15,236 nucleotides of DNA from Deltaproteobacteria bacterium (GTDB lineage Bacteria; Desulfobacterota; Deferrimicrobia; Deferrimicrobiales; Deferrimicrobiaceae), in the NCBI GenBank assembly GCA_020346465.1, contig CP070783.1, forward strand, positions 1,758,672 through 1,773,907, read 5' to 3'. This document shows, piece after piece, positions 1-7,719 of the stretch; the stretch's first letter is position 1, and the number at the start of each line of letters is the position of its first letter. Under the pieces are notes generated by a model. It worked only from the letters and a program-made list of their open reading frames with translations, made no database searches and was not told the DNA's origin. The translations under genes and the position numbers were made by a program.

Positions 1-196
1 AGTAGGGCAGTTCCGGACGGGTTACCCCGCTGGCCGAGAAGAAACGCACCTTCATGCTCTCATCGGGGGGGGTACGGAGGGCGACCCCGGATCCTTCGTC
101 CCGAAGAGTCTCCTGCGCGACGGCGCTCCCGCAGCACAGGAGGAAGAGCATTGCCGATGCCGCAGCCAGCGGCAGTCCCTTTCCCCTGGTTCCCAT
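1..196 (-). CDS. N-terminal portion of a secreted/exported protein; the gene continues beyond the left edge of the window
   Basis: ATG at 196..194 with GGAGAG about 5 nt upstream. The frame stays open over at least 65 codons to position 1. The N-terminus MGTRGKGLPLAAASAMLFLLCCGSAVAQE has the basic n-region, hydrophobic core and AxA-type cleavage site of a signal peptide. It is absent from the ORF table because no stop lies inside the window. GC3 is about 75%. Confidence 0.4.
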   Translation of the reverse strand, partial: MGTRGKGLPLAAASAMLFLLCCGSAVAQETLRDEGSGVALRTPPDESMKVRFFSASGVTRPELPY

Positions 197-365
197 CGGG
201 CTCTCCATACGATCATTCTACTCCCCCGGCTGGCCGGTGTGGATCCCCTACCCGGGTTTTCCCCCATGGAGTATCCTGAAAGGGTAGGGGGGATCGACCG
301 ATGACACCTCTTGCCGGTCCGCTGCTGGCCAGCTTCCTGATGTTTGACGGGATTGCCGCGCCGCG

Positions 366-1916
366 TTATCTCCTGCTCGGGGCCTTCGTCCTCTGCCTTG
401 CCCTGGCGGGGCTGTTGCTCACCTTTCTTCTGGACTTCCGGGCCCGCTGACCCCGGGCGGGGAGCCTTCCGCGGCCGCTGAGGGAAACGGCCAGCCTCTT
501 CGCCTCTTCCCTGCCGGAAATCCGTCCGGTGAGCGTTGCCTCCCGCACCCCCTCCAGGATCGATTCCACCTGGGGACCGGCCGGGATCCCCAAGGCCAGG
601 ATGTCGTCGCCGGAGAGAAGGTGGGGCCGTTTTCCCGCCGTTTCCAGGACGGGGCGAAAGTCCACGGCTCTCTTCGACGCCGCCCTGCGGGAGGCCGTGT
701 AGAGCGCGTGCAGATGATCCGGGTTTTCCCACCGGCCGAAGATCGCCTCGATCCGTGCGTGCGGATTGCGCAGCATCCGGAGGTGGGACAGGCGCGTCAG
801 ATCCTCGACCATCTGGACCACTTTCCGCACGCGGGGGAAATGGAGCCTTCGGGCGAGAGCCTCCGTGCGGGGCAGGCGGAAGGCGTTTTTTCCCAACCCC
901 CCCGGCGAGGGATCCCTTCGACGGCGCGGGGAATCGCCCCCGTCCTCCGGCGCGAGAAGAAGGGACTCGTCCCGGGCGACGTCCACGAGGAGATTGGCGA
1001 ACAGCACCGTCTCCGGCAGAGGGCGGCCGATCGAACGTTCCAGGAGAGCGTACCGCTTTTTCATGCGGGAGAGGACCCCGGTCCCCCGGTCCGGGATCCC
1101 GGGGATCAGCATCGGCAGGATTCCCGCGCGGTGCAGGTCCGACACCGTGGCGGACGGGTTCGCCGCGAGGGATTTCGTCAGTTCCCCGATGAGACGTTCC
1201 TCCGAAATCGTCCCGATCAGTCCCTTCGCCTCGCCGCGGATCGCCTGCCACGTTCTTCTCTCGATGATGGTGCCGGGCCGCTCGTTCTTCTGGCGGATCG
1301 CCCGCAGCATCCGGAGGGGGTCTTCCCGGATGCGGGCCTGCGGATTCCCCACGCCCCGGATCCGCTTGTGAGTGAGGTCTTCCATCCCCCCGAAGAAATC
1401 GATCACTTCCCCCGCCAGCCGCTTCCCCTCCGACCGGAAGGAGAACATCAGGCTGTTGATCGTGAAGTCGCGCCGGGACGCGTCCTCCCGGGCATCGACC
1501 CCGTGCGTGCGGACCTCGAACTGGCGGTGCCCCGGGCCGGTGGAGTGTTCCGAACGGGCGAGCGCCACGTCGATCTCCTCCCCGGACCAGGTGGTCGATA
1601 TCTTGTACACGGCGAACTGCTTCCCCGCCCCGAAGACCCGCCGGATTCCGAGCTCTTTCCGGGGAAGGCCCCGGACGATTCCCCCCAGCGCCGCGAACCC
1701 GATCCCGGTGACCATCAGGTCGACGTCGTTGCCCGGACGGCCCTCGATGAGATCGCGGACGATCCCCCCCACGAGGTAGGGGTGACCTCCCGCGCGCTCC
1801 ACGGCCCGGCAGAACTCCCGGAGGAACCGCCAGAGCTTCTTTCGTCTCTGCAGGGAATGCAGGACGCCGAGGGAAACGGCTTCCGGGACGGGGATCGGGG
1901 GGGGCAGGGTCCTCAC
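366..1916 (-). CDS. cca: tRNA nucleotidyltransferase / poly(A) polymerase family protein (CCA-adding enzyme-like), about 516 aa with an Arg-rich C-terminal tail
   Basis: The head-domain motifs GGHPYLVGGIVRDLIEGRPGNDVDLMV ... FRSEGKRLAGEVIDFFGGMEDLTHKRIR ... DPLRMLRAIRQ match the Pol-beta-like nucleotidyltransferase superfamily (CCA/PcnB). The likely start is GTG at 1916, which overlaps the upstream gene's stop as GTGA. The supplied 749-aa ORF (366..2615) is an artefactual N-terminal extension through the DUF1992 gene. CCA-adding enzyme versus poly(A) polymerase cannot be told apart by eye. Confidence 0.8.
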   Translation of the reverse strand: MRTLPPPIPVPEAVSLGVLHSLQRRKKLWRFLREFCRAVERAGGHPYLVGGIVRDLIEGRPGNDVDLMVTGIGFAALGGIVRGLPRKELGIRRVFGAGKQFAVYKISTTWSGEEIDVALARSEHSTGPGHRQFEVRTHGVDAREDASRRDFTINSLMFSFRSEGKRLAGEVIDFFGGMEDLTHKRIRGVGNPQARIREDPLRMLRAIRQKNERPGTIIERRTWQAIRGEAKGLIGTISEERLIGELTKSLAANPSATVSDLHRAGILPMLIPGIPDRGTGVLSRMKKRYALLERSIGRPLPETVLFANLLVDVARDESLLLAPEDGGDSPRRRRDPSPGGLGKNAFRLPRTEALARRLHFPRVRKVVQMVEDLTRLSHLRMLRNPHARIEAIFGRWENPDHLHALYTASRRAASKRAVDFRPVLETAGKRPHLLSGDDILALGIPAGPQVESILEGVREATLTGRISGREEAKRLAVSLSGRGRLPARGQRARKSRRKVSNSPARARQRTKAPSRR

Positions 1917-2323
1917 CCCGCTTTTCTGCCGGCCATTCTCCCGAGGATCCGTTCCCTGTACTCGGGGAATTCGTCGAGGTTCACCATCCGTTTTCCCATG
2001 ACGCCCAGCTTCAGGAGCCGGTAGTTGAGCTCCCGGATCGTGTCCCTTCTCGCTTCCTCGTCCTCGATGGTCCGGAGCAGGTCCCGGAGGGTGATGATCT
2101 CCTTGCGGACTTCCAGTTCGGGGGGGATGCATCCGGCGTTCCGGAGGATCTTGTAGGCGACGCGAAGGTCCTCGGGAATCATCGAGTCGTCTTCGAGCCG
2201 AAGGGGCTTCCCGGCTCCCGGAAGGTTCGCGAACTCCCCCCTCTCCATCGCCTCGCGAATCTTCCTCTCCGCCAAGACTTCCAGGAAAAGCACGGTTTCC
2301 CCCTCGGTCCCCCGGGCGGGCAT
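1913..2323 (-). CDS. DUF1992 / DnaJ-homolog subfamily C member 28-like domain protein
   Basis: 136-aa ORF containing the motif [17 protein letters not shown] characteristic of DUF1992 (DnaJC28-like) proteins. ATG at 2323. Its stop overlaps the downstream GTG of the nucleotidyltransferase gene by 4 nt, which suggests translational coupling. Confidence 0.65.
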   Translation of the reverse strand: MPARGTEGETVLFLEVLAERKIREAMERGEFANLPGAGKPLRLEDDSMIPEDLRVAYKILRNAGCIPPELEVRKEIITLRDLLRTIEDEEARRDTIRELNYRLLKLGVMGKRMVNLDEFPEYRERILGRMAGRKAG

Positions 2324-2364
2324 GCAGTATCATGGAGAAGCATACCACCGTTTCGGGGGAGGAG

Positions 2365-2907
2365 ATGGAGCGGGATTTCGGCTCCGGGACGATCCAGCTG
2401 GCCCGGGGCGACATCACGAAGGAATCGACGGACGCCGTCGTCAACGCCGCCAACGAGTCGTTGCTCGGCGGGGGAGGGGTGGACGGGGCGATCCACCGGG
2501 CCGGCGGCCCGGCGATCCTCGAGGAGTGCAGGGCGATCCGGGCGAGACAGGGCGGATGTCCACCGGGAGAGGCGGTGGTGACGGGCGGGGGCCGTCTCCC
2601 GGCACGGTTCGTCATCCATACCGTCGGGCCGGTGTGGAGAGGGGGGGATCAGGGAGAGCCGGCAATCCTCGCCTCGTGCTACCGGAACGCCCTTCGCCTC
2701 GCCGCGGAAAAGGGGCTGCGGTCGGTCTCCTTTCCCTCCATTGCCACGGGGGCTTACGGGTACCCGGTCGGGAAAGCTGCCGCCGTCGCCCTGTCGACCG
2801 TCGCGACGTTTCTGGCGGAAGAGAAAGGGGCGCCCCCGCGGGTTCGTTTCGTCCTGTTCGACGAGGAGACGCTTCGGGCGTACCGGGAGAGCCTGGCGTC
2901 CCTGTGA
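2365..2907 (+). CDS. Macro domain protein (O-acetyl-ADP-ribose deacetylase / ADP-ribose binding, YmdB-like)
   Basis: [34 protein letters not shown] ... [15 protein letters not shown] is the canonical macro-domain signature. The table gives ATG 2332. The ATG at 2365 (MERDFGSG...) sits directly after GGGGGAGGAG and gives the usual short N-terminus before the GDIT motif. Either start is possible. Confidence 0.85.
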   Translation: MERDFGSGTIQLARGDITKESTDAVVNAANESLLGGGGVDGAIHRAGGPAILEECRAIRARQGGCPPGEAVVTGGGRLPARFVIHTVGPVWRGGDQGEPAILASCYRNALRLAAEKGLRSVSFPSIATGAYGYPVGKAAAVALSTVATFLAEEKGAPPRVRFVLFDEETLRAYRESLASL

Positions 2908-2931
2908 AGGGATCCCGGCCCGTCCGCCCGG

Positions 2932-3588
2932 TCAGCGGGGATGTCCCACGGCGCTGAGGTAGATGACGCTCTCTTCCGTGCCGTCCACCCCCAGGAGGGC
3001 GTTCATCTCGTCGTCGAAGAACGCGGCTACCTGGCAGCTCCCGAGCCCGAGCGCGACCGCCGCAAGCGCCAGGTTCTGCGCGACGTGTCCCGCATCGAGG
3101 TAGACGTACCGGTAGGCCCGCTGTCCGTATTTCCACTTCGCGCGCGGAAAGATCGCCGTCCAGACGAAGACGGCGCCGGCCTCGGAGCAGAACTCCTGGA
3201 ACAGGGCCGCGCGGGAGAGGTCCCCCCGGAAATCCCCCCGGGCCACCTCCTCGAGGAGATGATCCCGGATCCCGTAATGGTAGATTCCGCCCTCCACCCC
3301 TTCCACCCGGTGGGCGATGACGTACGGTTCGACCGGGTACAGGGCCCCCGCGGAGGGGACGGTGCGGAACGCATGGCCGGCCTCCACCCTCTGGATCCCC
3401 GTGGAGGCCCAGAGAAGGAGGGAGATCTCCTCCCGGAGCAGGGGGCGGGAGGAGTATTCCCGGACGCTGCGCCGCCGGGACGCGATTTCCAGGAAAGAAC
3501 CGTGGACGGTCGTCCCGGGGGGAGGGAGGGGGATCTTCCTCGCGCCGGGATACTCCTTGTACGGGGGCGGCCTGGATGCCCGGTCCAT
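2932..3588 (-). CDS. SagB/ThcOx-type dehydrogenase (nitroreductase superfamily, FMN-dependent)
   Basis: Motifs RRSVREY, PSAGALYP, YLDAGHVAQNLALAAVALGLGSC and FFDDEMNALLGVDGTEESVIYLSAVG are typical of SagB-type/nitroreductase-fold proteins. Start is ATG 3588 (GGGGGGAGG upstream). An alternative is GTG 3666, which has a perfect AAGGAG 10 nt upstream that overlaps the CysC-like stop. The table ORF extends to 3921 through the upstream gene. Confidence 0.75.
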   Translation of the reverse strand: MDRASRPPPYKEYPGARKIPLPPPGTTVHGSFLEIASRRRSVREYSSRPLLREEISLLLWASTGIQRVEAGHAFRTVPSAGALYPVEPYVIAHRVEGVEGGIYHYGIRDHLLEEVARGDFRGDLSRAALFQEFCSEAGAVFVWTAIFPRAKWKYGQRAYRYVYLDAGHVAQNLALAAVALGLGSCQVAAFFDDEMNALLGVDGTEESVIYLSAVGHPR

Positions 3589-3673
3589 CAGGCCTCCCCC
3601 CGGCCGCCCCCGTCCGTACTTCGTTTCCTGCTGGAACCTGTCCCCGACCCCTTTCGGCTCTTTCACGGCGGCG

Positions 3674-4204
3674 TCACTCCTTGACGTATCCTTTTTCGAC
3701 GAGCTTGCCGACGATCCGGCGCGCGGCGCGGTCCGGTTCTTCCGCGTCGCCCCGCACCACCACGTCGGGGGAGCGGGGAGGCTCGTAATCCGCCTGCAGC
3801 CCGGGGACCCCGGTCGCGCTTCCTTCCCTCCCCCTCCGGTAGATCCCCTTGGGGTCCCGCGCGATGCAGACGGAGAGGGGGGAGTCGACGAAGACCTCCA
3901 GAAACCGGGCGATCTCCTCACGGGCCCGGTCCCGGTAGGCGCGCCGGTTGGCGGTCGCGTCGAAGATCACGGAGACGCCGTGCCTCGTCAGGAGCAGGCC
4001 CACGGAGACGAGTGCCCGGTAGAAGAAATCCCGCTCCGGTTCGTCGTAGCGCGGCTGCGGGGTGAGAACCTTCCGGAGTTCGTCGGACTCGAGCACCGCG
4101 ACGTTCACCCCGCGTGTCGCAAGCTCCTTCCTCAGTGCCGAGGCGACGGTCGATTTTCCCGACGCCGGGAGTCCCGTGATCCAGACGGCGAACCCCGTAT
4201 CCAA
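3674..4204 (-). CDS. cysC: Adenylylsulfate (APS) kinase-like P-loop kinase; divergent CysC family member
   Basis: GFAVWITGLPASGKSTVA (P-loop) and the C-terminal GIYRRGREGSATGVPGLQADYEPP match the CysC hallmarks (G.Y.KAR.GEI.GFTGI..PYE.P). The central substrate region LESDELRKV...ERDFFYRAL departs from the canonical LDGDNVRHGL...DR.ENIRR. The start is uncertain. TTG 4204 lies 2 nt after the upstream stop and has AAGGT upstream. The in-frame upstream sequence PRERVLRGKVV also resembles CysC N-termini, so the gene may overlap the upstream kinase gene. Confidence 0.75.
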   Translation of the reverse strand: MDTGFAVWITGLPASGKSTVASALRKELATRGVNVAVLESDELRKVLTPQPRYDEPERDFFYRALVSVGLLLTRHGVSVIFDATANRRAYRDRAREEIARFLEVFVDSPLSVCIARDPKGIYRRGREGSATGVPGLQADYEPPRSPDVVVRGDAEEPDRAARRIVGKLVEKGYVKE

Positions 4205-4206
4205 GA

Positions 4207-5298
4207 CTACCTTGCCCCGCAGTACCCGTTCACGCGGGCCGGATCGAAGGCCTCCGCGTCCAGGACTTCCTCGATGAAGGTGAAGAGTTTCCTGCGCACG
4301 CCCTCGTCCAGGGTGGGGTACCAGACGGGGCTGGCCATCACCAGCCCCCGGAACGCATAGAAGGGGGCGGCGACCGTGAGCATCTCCCGGTCCCCCGTCC
4401 TCTCGAGATACCGGTCCCAGAACCTCCGGAAGAGCGTTTCGAAGGGTCCGTCCAGCCTCCCGCTCCGCTGGAGGGAGCAGAAGAGGTAGTTTCCCGTGAG
4501 GGAGGTGACGTCGTCTGCCGGGTCTCCCCATTCGCCCCGGGACCGGTCCAGCACCCGGAACCGGGCCCCCTCGCCAAACAGGATGTTGTAGGGGTGGAAA
4601 TCCCCGTGGACCTGCCGGAGCCGGTGGGTTCGGCCCTTGATCCGCCAGCGCCACGCCACGCACCGTTGCTCGATCTTCTCCAAAAGCTTCGGGGTGATGA
4701 ACCCGTGGCGCGGCGGGTAGCTGTCCAGGATCCCCATGATGCACTCCCCGTGACCCAGCAGCTCCCGGATCCTCCGCACGTACAGTCCGGGGTCGGTCCC
4801 TTTCACCTGGTGGATCTCCGCCAGGTAGTCGCAAAGGGCGTCGGCCCGTGCCGTGTCGAGTCCGGAGAGATCCCCTTCCGCCTGGATGCGGGCAAGGTCC
4901 TGGATGTAGCCGCGCCCTTCCACGTGTTCGACGAGGAGGAAGAGCTCCTCCACGGTTCCGAGGGAAAGAAGGGAGCCGTCCGGGAGGAAGCCTCCCACGT
5001 CCAGGGAGCGTGCATGGAGGGGAAGCCGGTTGTACGCCTCGTGGTCCCACAGGAGCATCTGTGCCCGGTCCGCCCGGTGCTCGTGCCCGAAGGGGCCCGG
5101 GCTCGTCGTCTCGAGCACGGCCTTCCGGCGCTCCCCCGAGACGTCGTACTCCACCAGGACGGGGACGCCGTAGCCGTACCCCTTGACGGCGCCGGTCGCA
5201 ACCGTTTCGCCGAGGGGAGCAAGGGCCAGGACCCGCACGGGCGATCCGGCGAGGGATTCCAGGTATGCGGAGATCTTTTCACGATCCAGGTCGGGCAT
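4207..5298 (-). CDS. Aminoglycoside-phosphotransferase (APH)/choline-kinase-fold small-molecule kinase family protein
   Basis: Brenner catalytic motif HGDFHPYNILF followed by VLDRSRGEWGDPADDV (PF01636-like DxD/DFG region). ATG 5298 has GGGAGGT 6-7 nt upstream. The table ORF (to 5526) carries a spurious N-terminal extension. The stop abuts the CysC-like start. Confidence 0.75.
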   Translation of the reverse strand: MPDLDREKISAYLESLAGSPVRVLALAPLGETVATGAVKGYGYGVPVLVEYDVSGERRKAVLETTSPGPFGHEHRADRAQMLLWDHEAYNRLPLHARSLDVGGFLPDGSLLSLGTVEELFLLVEHVEGRGYIQDLARIQAEGDLSGLDTARADALCDYLAEIHQVKGTDPGLYVRRIRELLGHGECIMGILDSYPPRHGFITPKLLEKIEQRCVAWRWRIKGRTHRLRQVHGDFHPYNILFGEGARFRVLDRSRGEWGDPADDVTSLTGNYLFCSLQRSGRLDGPFETLFRRFWDRYLERTGDREMLTVAAPFYAFRGLVMASPVWYPTLDEGVRRKLFTFIEEVLDAEAFDPARVNGYCGAR

Positions 5299-5446
5299 GG
5301 TGTACCTCCCGAAAGCACGTTGCGGAGCTCTTCCGCGGGGAGGGCGGTTTCCCGTTTCCCGCGTTCCGACCGGAATGTCCGGAGAAAATTCTACACCGGA
5401 TCCCGCCCTTTTCCTAAATAAGGGGAAGGGGAAAGGAAGGCATATA
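5299..5446. promoter_or_regulatory. Divergent intergenic region between the kinase operon (-) and the GIY-YIG operon (+)
   Basis: 148 bp containing the only AT-rich stretch in the vicinity (ttttcctaaataagg). On the minus strand there is a TAGAAT -10-like hexamer (plus 5388-5393). On the plus strand there is a perfect TATAAT at 5443-5448 that overlaps the candidate ATG. Also present are a small palindrome CCGGAatgTCCGG and a tandem TTTCCCG repeat. No -35 assignment is convincing. Confidence 0.3.
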
Positions 5447-5872
5447 ATGGATTCGTCGGTCCCGGGGAGCAGGGAAAGGAGGAAGGATGCCGTTGATCCG
5501 GTGCGGGCAGGCATGACGGACGGCACCTGGTGGGTCTACATGATCGAATGCCGGGGAGGGCGGATCTACACGGGGATCGCGAAGGACCCCGGCGCACGTT
5601 TCCGGAAGCACCTGTCCGGCAAAGGCGCAGCCTTCACCCGGATGAATCCTCCCGTGGCGCTGCTCGCGAAGCGGCCGTGCGGGACCCGGTCCGACGCGCT
5701 CAGGGCGGAGCGGGCCCTCCGGAGATTTGGCGGAAGGGAGAAAAGAGCCTGGGCGAAGGAGCAGGCGGATCTCCCGTCATCCCGCTTGCCCGGGGAGAAG
5801 GAAACAACGGAGAATGGGGGAGACTCCGTTCGTCCGGGAAGGCGGCGCCCCGGAGGAGAGAAAGCCCCCTGA
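5447..5872 (+). CDS. GIY-YIG nuclease family protein (UPF0213 / YhbQ-like)
   Basis: WWVYMIECRGGRIYTGIAKDPGARFRKHLSGKGAAFTR ... SDALRAERALRRF matches the GIY-YIG (YhbQ-type) fold. ATG 5447 has AAAGGAAGG upstream. An alternative start is 5513 (MTDGTWWVY), just ahead of the domain. The stop overlaps the next start as TGATG (5870-5874). Confidence 0.7.
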   Translation: MDSSVPGSRERRKDAVDPVRAGMTDGTWWVYMIECRGGRIYTGIAKDPGARFRKHLSGKGAAFTRMNPPVALLAKRPCGTRSDALRAERALRRFGGREKRAWAKEQADLPSSRLPGEKETTENGGDSVRPGRRRPGGEKAP

Positions 5873-7719
5873 TGGAAAAGAGGACATTCACCCATCCTCT
5901 CCCGCGGCGGGAGATCGAGAAGGGATTCGAACTCCTGATCGGGGAGAACCGGCTCTTCGGCGCCGAGCTCAACATCGATATCATCAAGAAGGAGCATACG
6001 GGGAAGAAGTTCCTCGTGAAAAAGCTCCCCTCGAGGAGGAAACTCCTTTCCCGCTGGTTCCTCCTCTTCCGGGATCTCGTCTCCCCCGCCGATTTTCTCG
6101 CCCTGCTTTCCGCGAAGATCCAGGAATTCGAGCACCGGGAGAAGATGCTCCTGGTCGGGAAGGACCGGATCATCTACGACACGCAGATCGTTCACGCGGG
6201 CGAGCATGTCGGCGAGATGACCCTCTTCTTCCTCTCCGAGATGGACCGGAATTTCGGTCTGCTCGACTATCTCCGGGGCAGGCGGCGCCGGATCGTCTAC
6301 ATCGACCACATCCGTCTCTCGCAGCAGAGTTCGGGGTACGCGTCGTCCCTGTTCCGCCATTACGAGGAGCTCTTTCGCGACCTCGGGTTCCACCAGTTCC
6401 GCCTCAGCGCGTCGCTCTCCGTCGGGAAATATTACTGGGCGAAGGAAGGGTTCGATTGCCTGAATCGGGACGAATTTCTGCGGATGAAGGAGGGCCTCCG
6501 GGAGTACGTGAAGGCTCGGGGGCTCCCCGTCGAGGAGACCGATATCGACCGGATCAACCATGCCTACGACATCGCCCTGTTCCGGAGGGATCTCAAGATC
6601 CCCGCCTTTTGCAACGCCGCAGGCTACTACTCCCTGGAAAAGAACGAGTGGCACCGGGAAGAGCAGAAGGTTCCCTTGGGGAAGGCGTTCCTGCTGTCCA
6701 CGAAGCCGTGGGACGGGTACAAGGTCATCTACACGAACACGCCGAGGAAAACGGGCATGATCTATTCCCCGGGGTATCTGGACCACAGGCCCCGGGCCGG
6801 GCACCCGGAAAGCCGCAGGCGGCTGGAGAAGCTTTTGAAGGCGATCCGCAAGGACGACCTCCACGGGAGCCTCGTCTTCCTCGAGCCGTACGTGCCGAAC
6901 CTTCGGTTCATCGAGAAGGTCCATCCCGCCGGCTACCTGGAGTCGTTCCGCAACGGCGTTCGTTCGGGGCAAAAGACCTTCGCCACGGTGGACTGCTCGA
7001 TCAGCGAGGCGAGCTACGACGTCGCGCTGCTTGCCGCCGGCGGGGTGATGGCGGGCGTCGACGCCGTGCTGAACGGGAGGGTGCAGAACGTCTTCTGCGC
7101 CGTGAGGCCGCCCGGCCACCACGCCGGAAGGGAATCCGCCATGGGGTTCTGTTTTCTCAACAACGTCGCCGTGGGCGCCCTGTACGCCCGCGCCGCCTAC
7201 GGCGTGGAACGGATCTTCATCCTCGACTGGGACGTCCACCACGGCAACGGGACCCAGGAGATCTTCGAGGAGGACCCCCGCACGTATTTCTGCAGCATCC
7301 ACGAGCACCCCACCTTCTGCTTCCCCGGGACCGGGAGGAGGATGGACAGGGGGAAGGGAGAGGGATACGGGTTCACGCTCAATCTCCCCGTCAGGCCCCG
7401 CACGGCGGACGGGGAATTCCTCGACCTCTTCGAGCGGGAGGTCATCCCGGAGATCGAAACGTTCCGGCCCGACCTGATCGTGCTCTCCGCCGGGTTCGAC
7501 GCGCACAAGGACGACCCGATTGCGGACCTCGAGCTGACGGAACGGTCGTTCGTCCACATGACGCGAAGGATCTGCGAGGTGGCCGACCGGCATTGCCAGG
7601 GACGCGTCGTGTCCGTTCTCGAGGGCGGGTACAACGGGTCCTCTCTCACATCGTCGGCGATTGCCCATCTGAAGACCCTCCAGGGAAGGAGCGAGCCATG
7701 TACGTCGGCAAAAGGATGA
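5872..7719 (+). CDS. Two-domain protein: N-terminal GNAT-like (putative AcuA-type acetyltransferase) region fused to a C-terminal histone-deacetylase-family (AcuC/AphA-like) amidohydrolase
   Basis: The C-terminal ~310 aa carry the classic HDAC-fold motifs RPPGHHA, GFCFLNNVAVGA, ILDWDVHHGNGTQ and SAGFDAHKDDP. The N-terminal ~300 aa contain a GNAT motif-A-like stretch IVYIDHIRLSQQSSGYASSLFRHYEELFRDLGFHQFRLSASLSVGKYYWAKEGF (Q-x-x-G-x-A then ...Y..GF). The start ATG 5872 (MEKRTF...) is coupled to the GIY-YIG stop. The table ORF 5530..7719 has a spurious 114-aa leader. Confidence 0.8.
   Translation: MEKRTFTHPLPRREIEKGFELLIGENRLFGAELNIDIIKKEHTGKKFLVKKLPSRRKLLSRWFLLFRDLVSPADFLALLSAKIQEFEHREKMLLVGKDRIIYDTQIVHAGEHVGEMTLFFLSEMDRNFGLLDYLRGRRRRIVYIDHIRLSQQSSGYASSLFRHYEELFRDLGFHQFRLSASLSVGKYYWAKEGFDCLNRDEFLRMKEGLREYVKARGLPVEETDIDRINHAYDIALFRRDLKIPAFCNAAGYYSLEKNEWHREEQKVPLGKAFLLSTKPWDGYKVIYTNTPRKTGMIYSPGYLDHRPRAGHPESRRRLEKLLKAIRKDDLHGSLVFLEPYVPNLRFIEKVHPAGYLESFRNGVRSGQKTFATVDCSISEASYDVALLAAGGVMAGVDAVLNGRVQNVFCAVRPPGHHAGRESAMGFCFLNNVAVGALYARAAYGVERIFILDWDVHHGNGTQEIFEEDPRTYFCSIHEHPTFCFPGTGRRMDRGKGEGYGFTLNLPVRPRTADGEFLDLFEREVIPEIETFRPDLIVLSAGFDAHKDDPIADLELTERSFVHMTRRICEVADRHCQGRVVSVLEGGYNGSSLTSSAIAHLKTLQGRSEPCTSAKG

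Noticed and set aside
52-1251. 399-aa minus-strand ORF and the overlapping plus-strand ORFs 536..1192, 621..2024, 766..1371, 1372..1779
   Set aside because: Low-complexity R/P/G-rich translations with no domain signal. They overlap the nucleotidyltransferase gene, whose frame carries unmistakable family motifs. Long open alternate frames are expected at about 68% GC.
2332-2907. DarT-DarG-like toxin-antitoxin (macro-domain antitoxin)
   Set aside because: The macro protein is a short stand-alone YmdB-type domain. The divergent neighbour is DUF1992, not a DarT (DUF4433) ADP-ribosyltransferase.
2932-5298. Thiazole/oxazole-modified microcin (TOMM) biosynthetic cluster
   Set aside because: A SagB-type dehydrogenase is present, but no YcaO cyclodehydratase, E1-like or Ocin-ThiF partner, or Cys/Ser/Thr-rich precursor-peptide ORF is visible in the window.
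5443-5448. Perfect TATAAT hexamer as the promoter -10 for the GIY-YIG gene
   Set aside because: It overlaps the better-supported ATG 5447 and has no -35 partner at 16-18 nt. It is probably coincidental. It would only matter if the true start were ATG 5513.
5566-7668. 700-aa minus-strand ORF antisense to the GNAT-HDAC gene; also 5700..6173 (-), 7197..7997 (-), 5727..8336 (+, 869 aa)
   Set aside because: Antisense or frame-shifted read-through of real genes. The translations are P/R/G-rich without motifs. The 869-aa ORF only becomes meaningful from ATG 7698, where the CBS protein starts.
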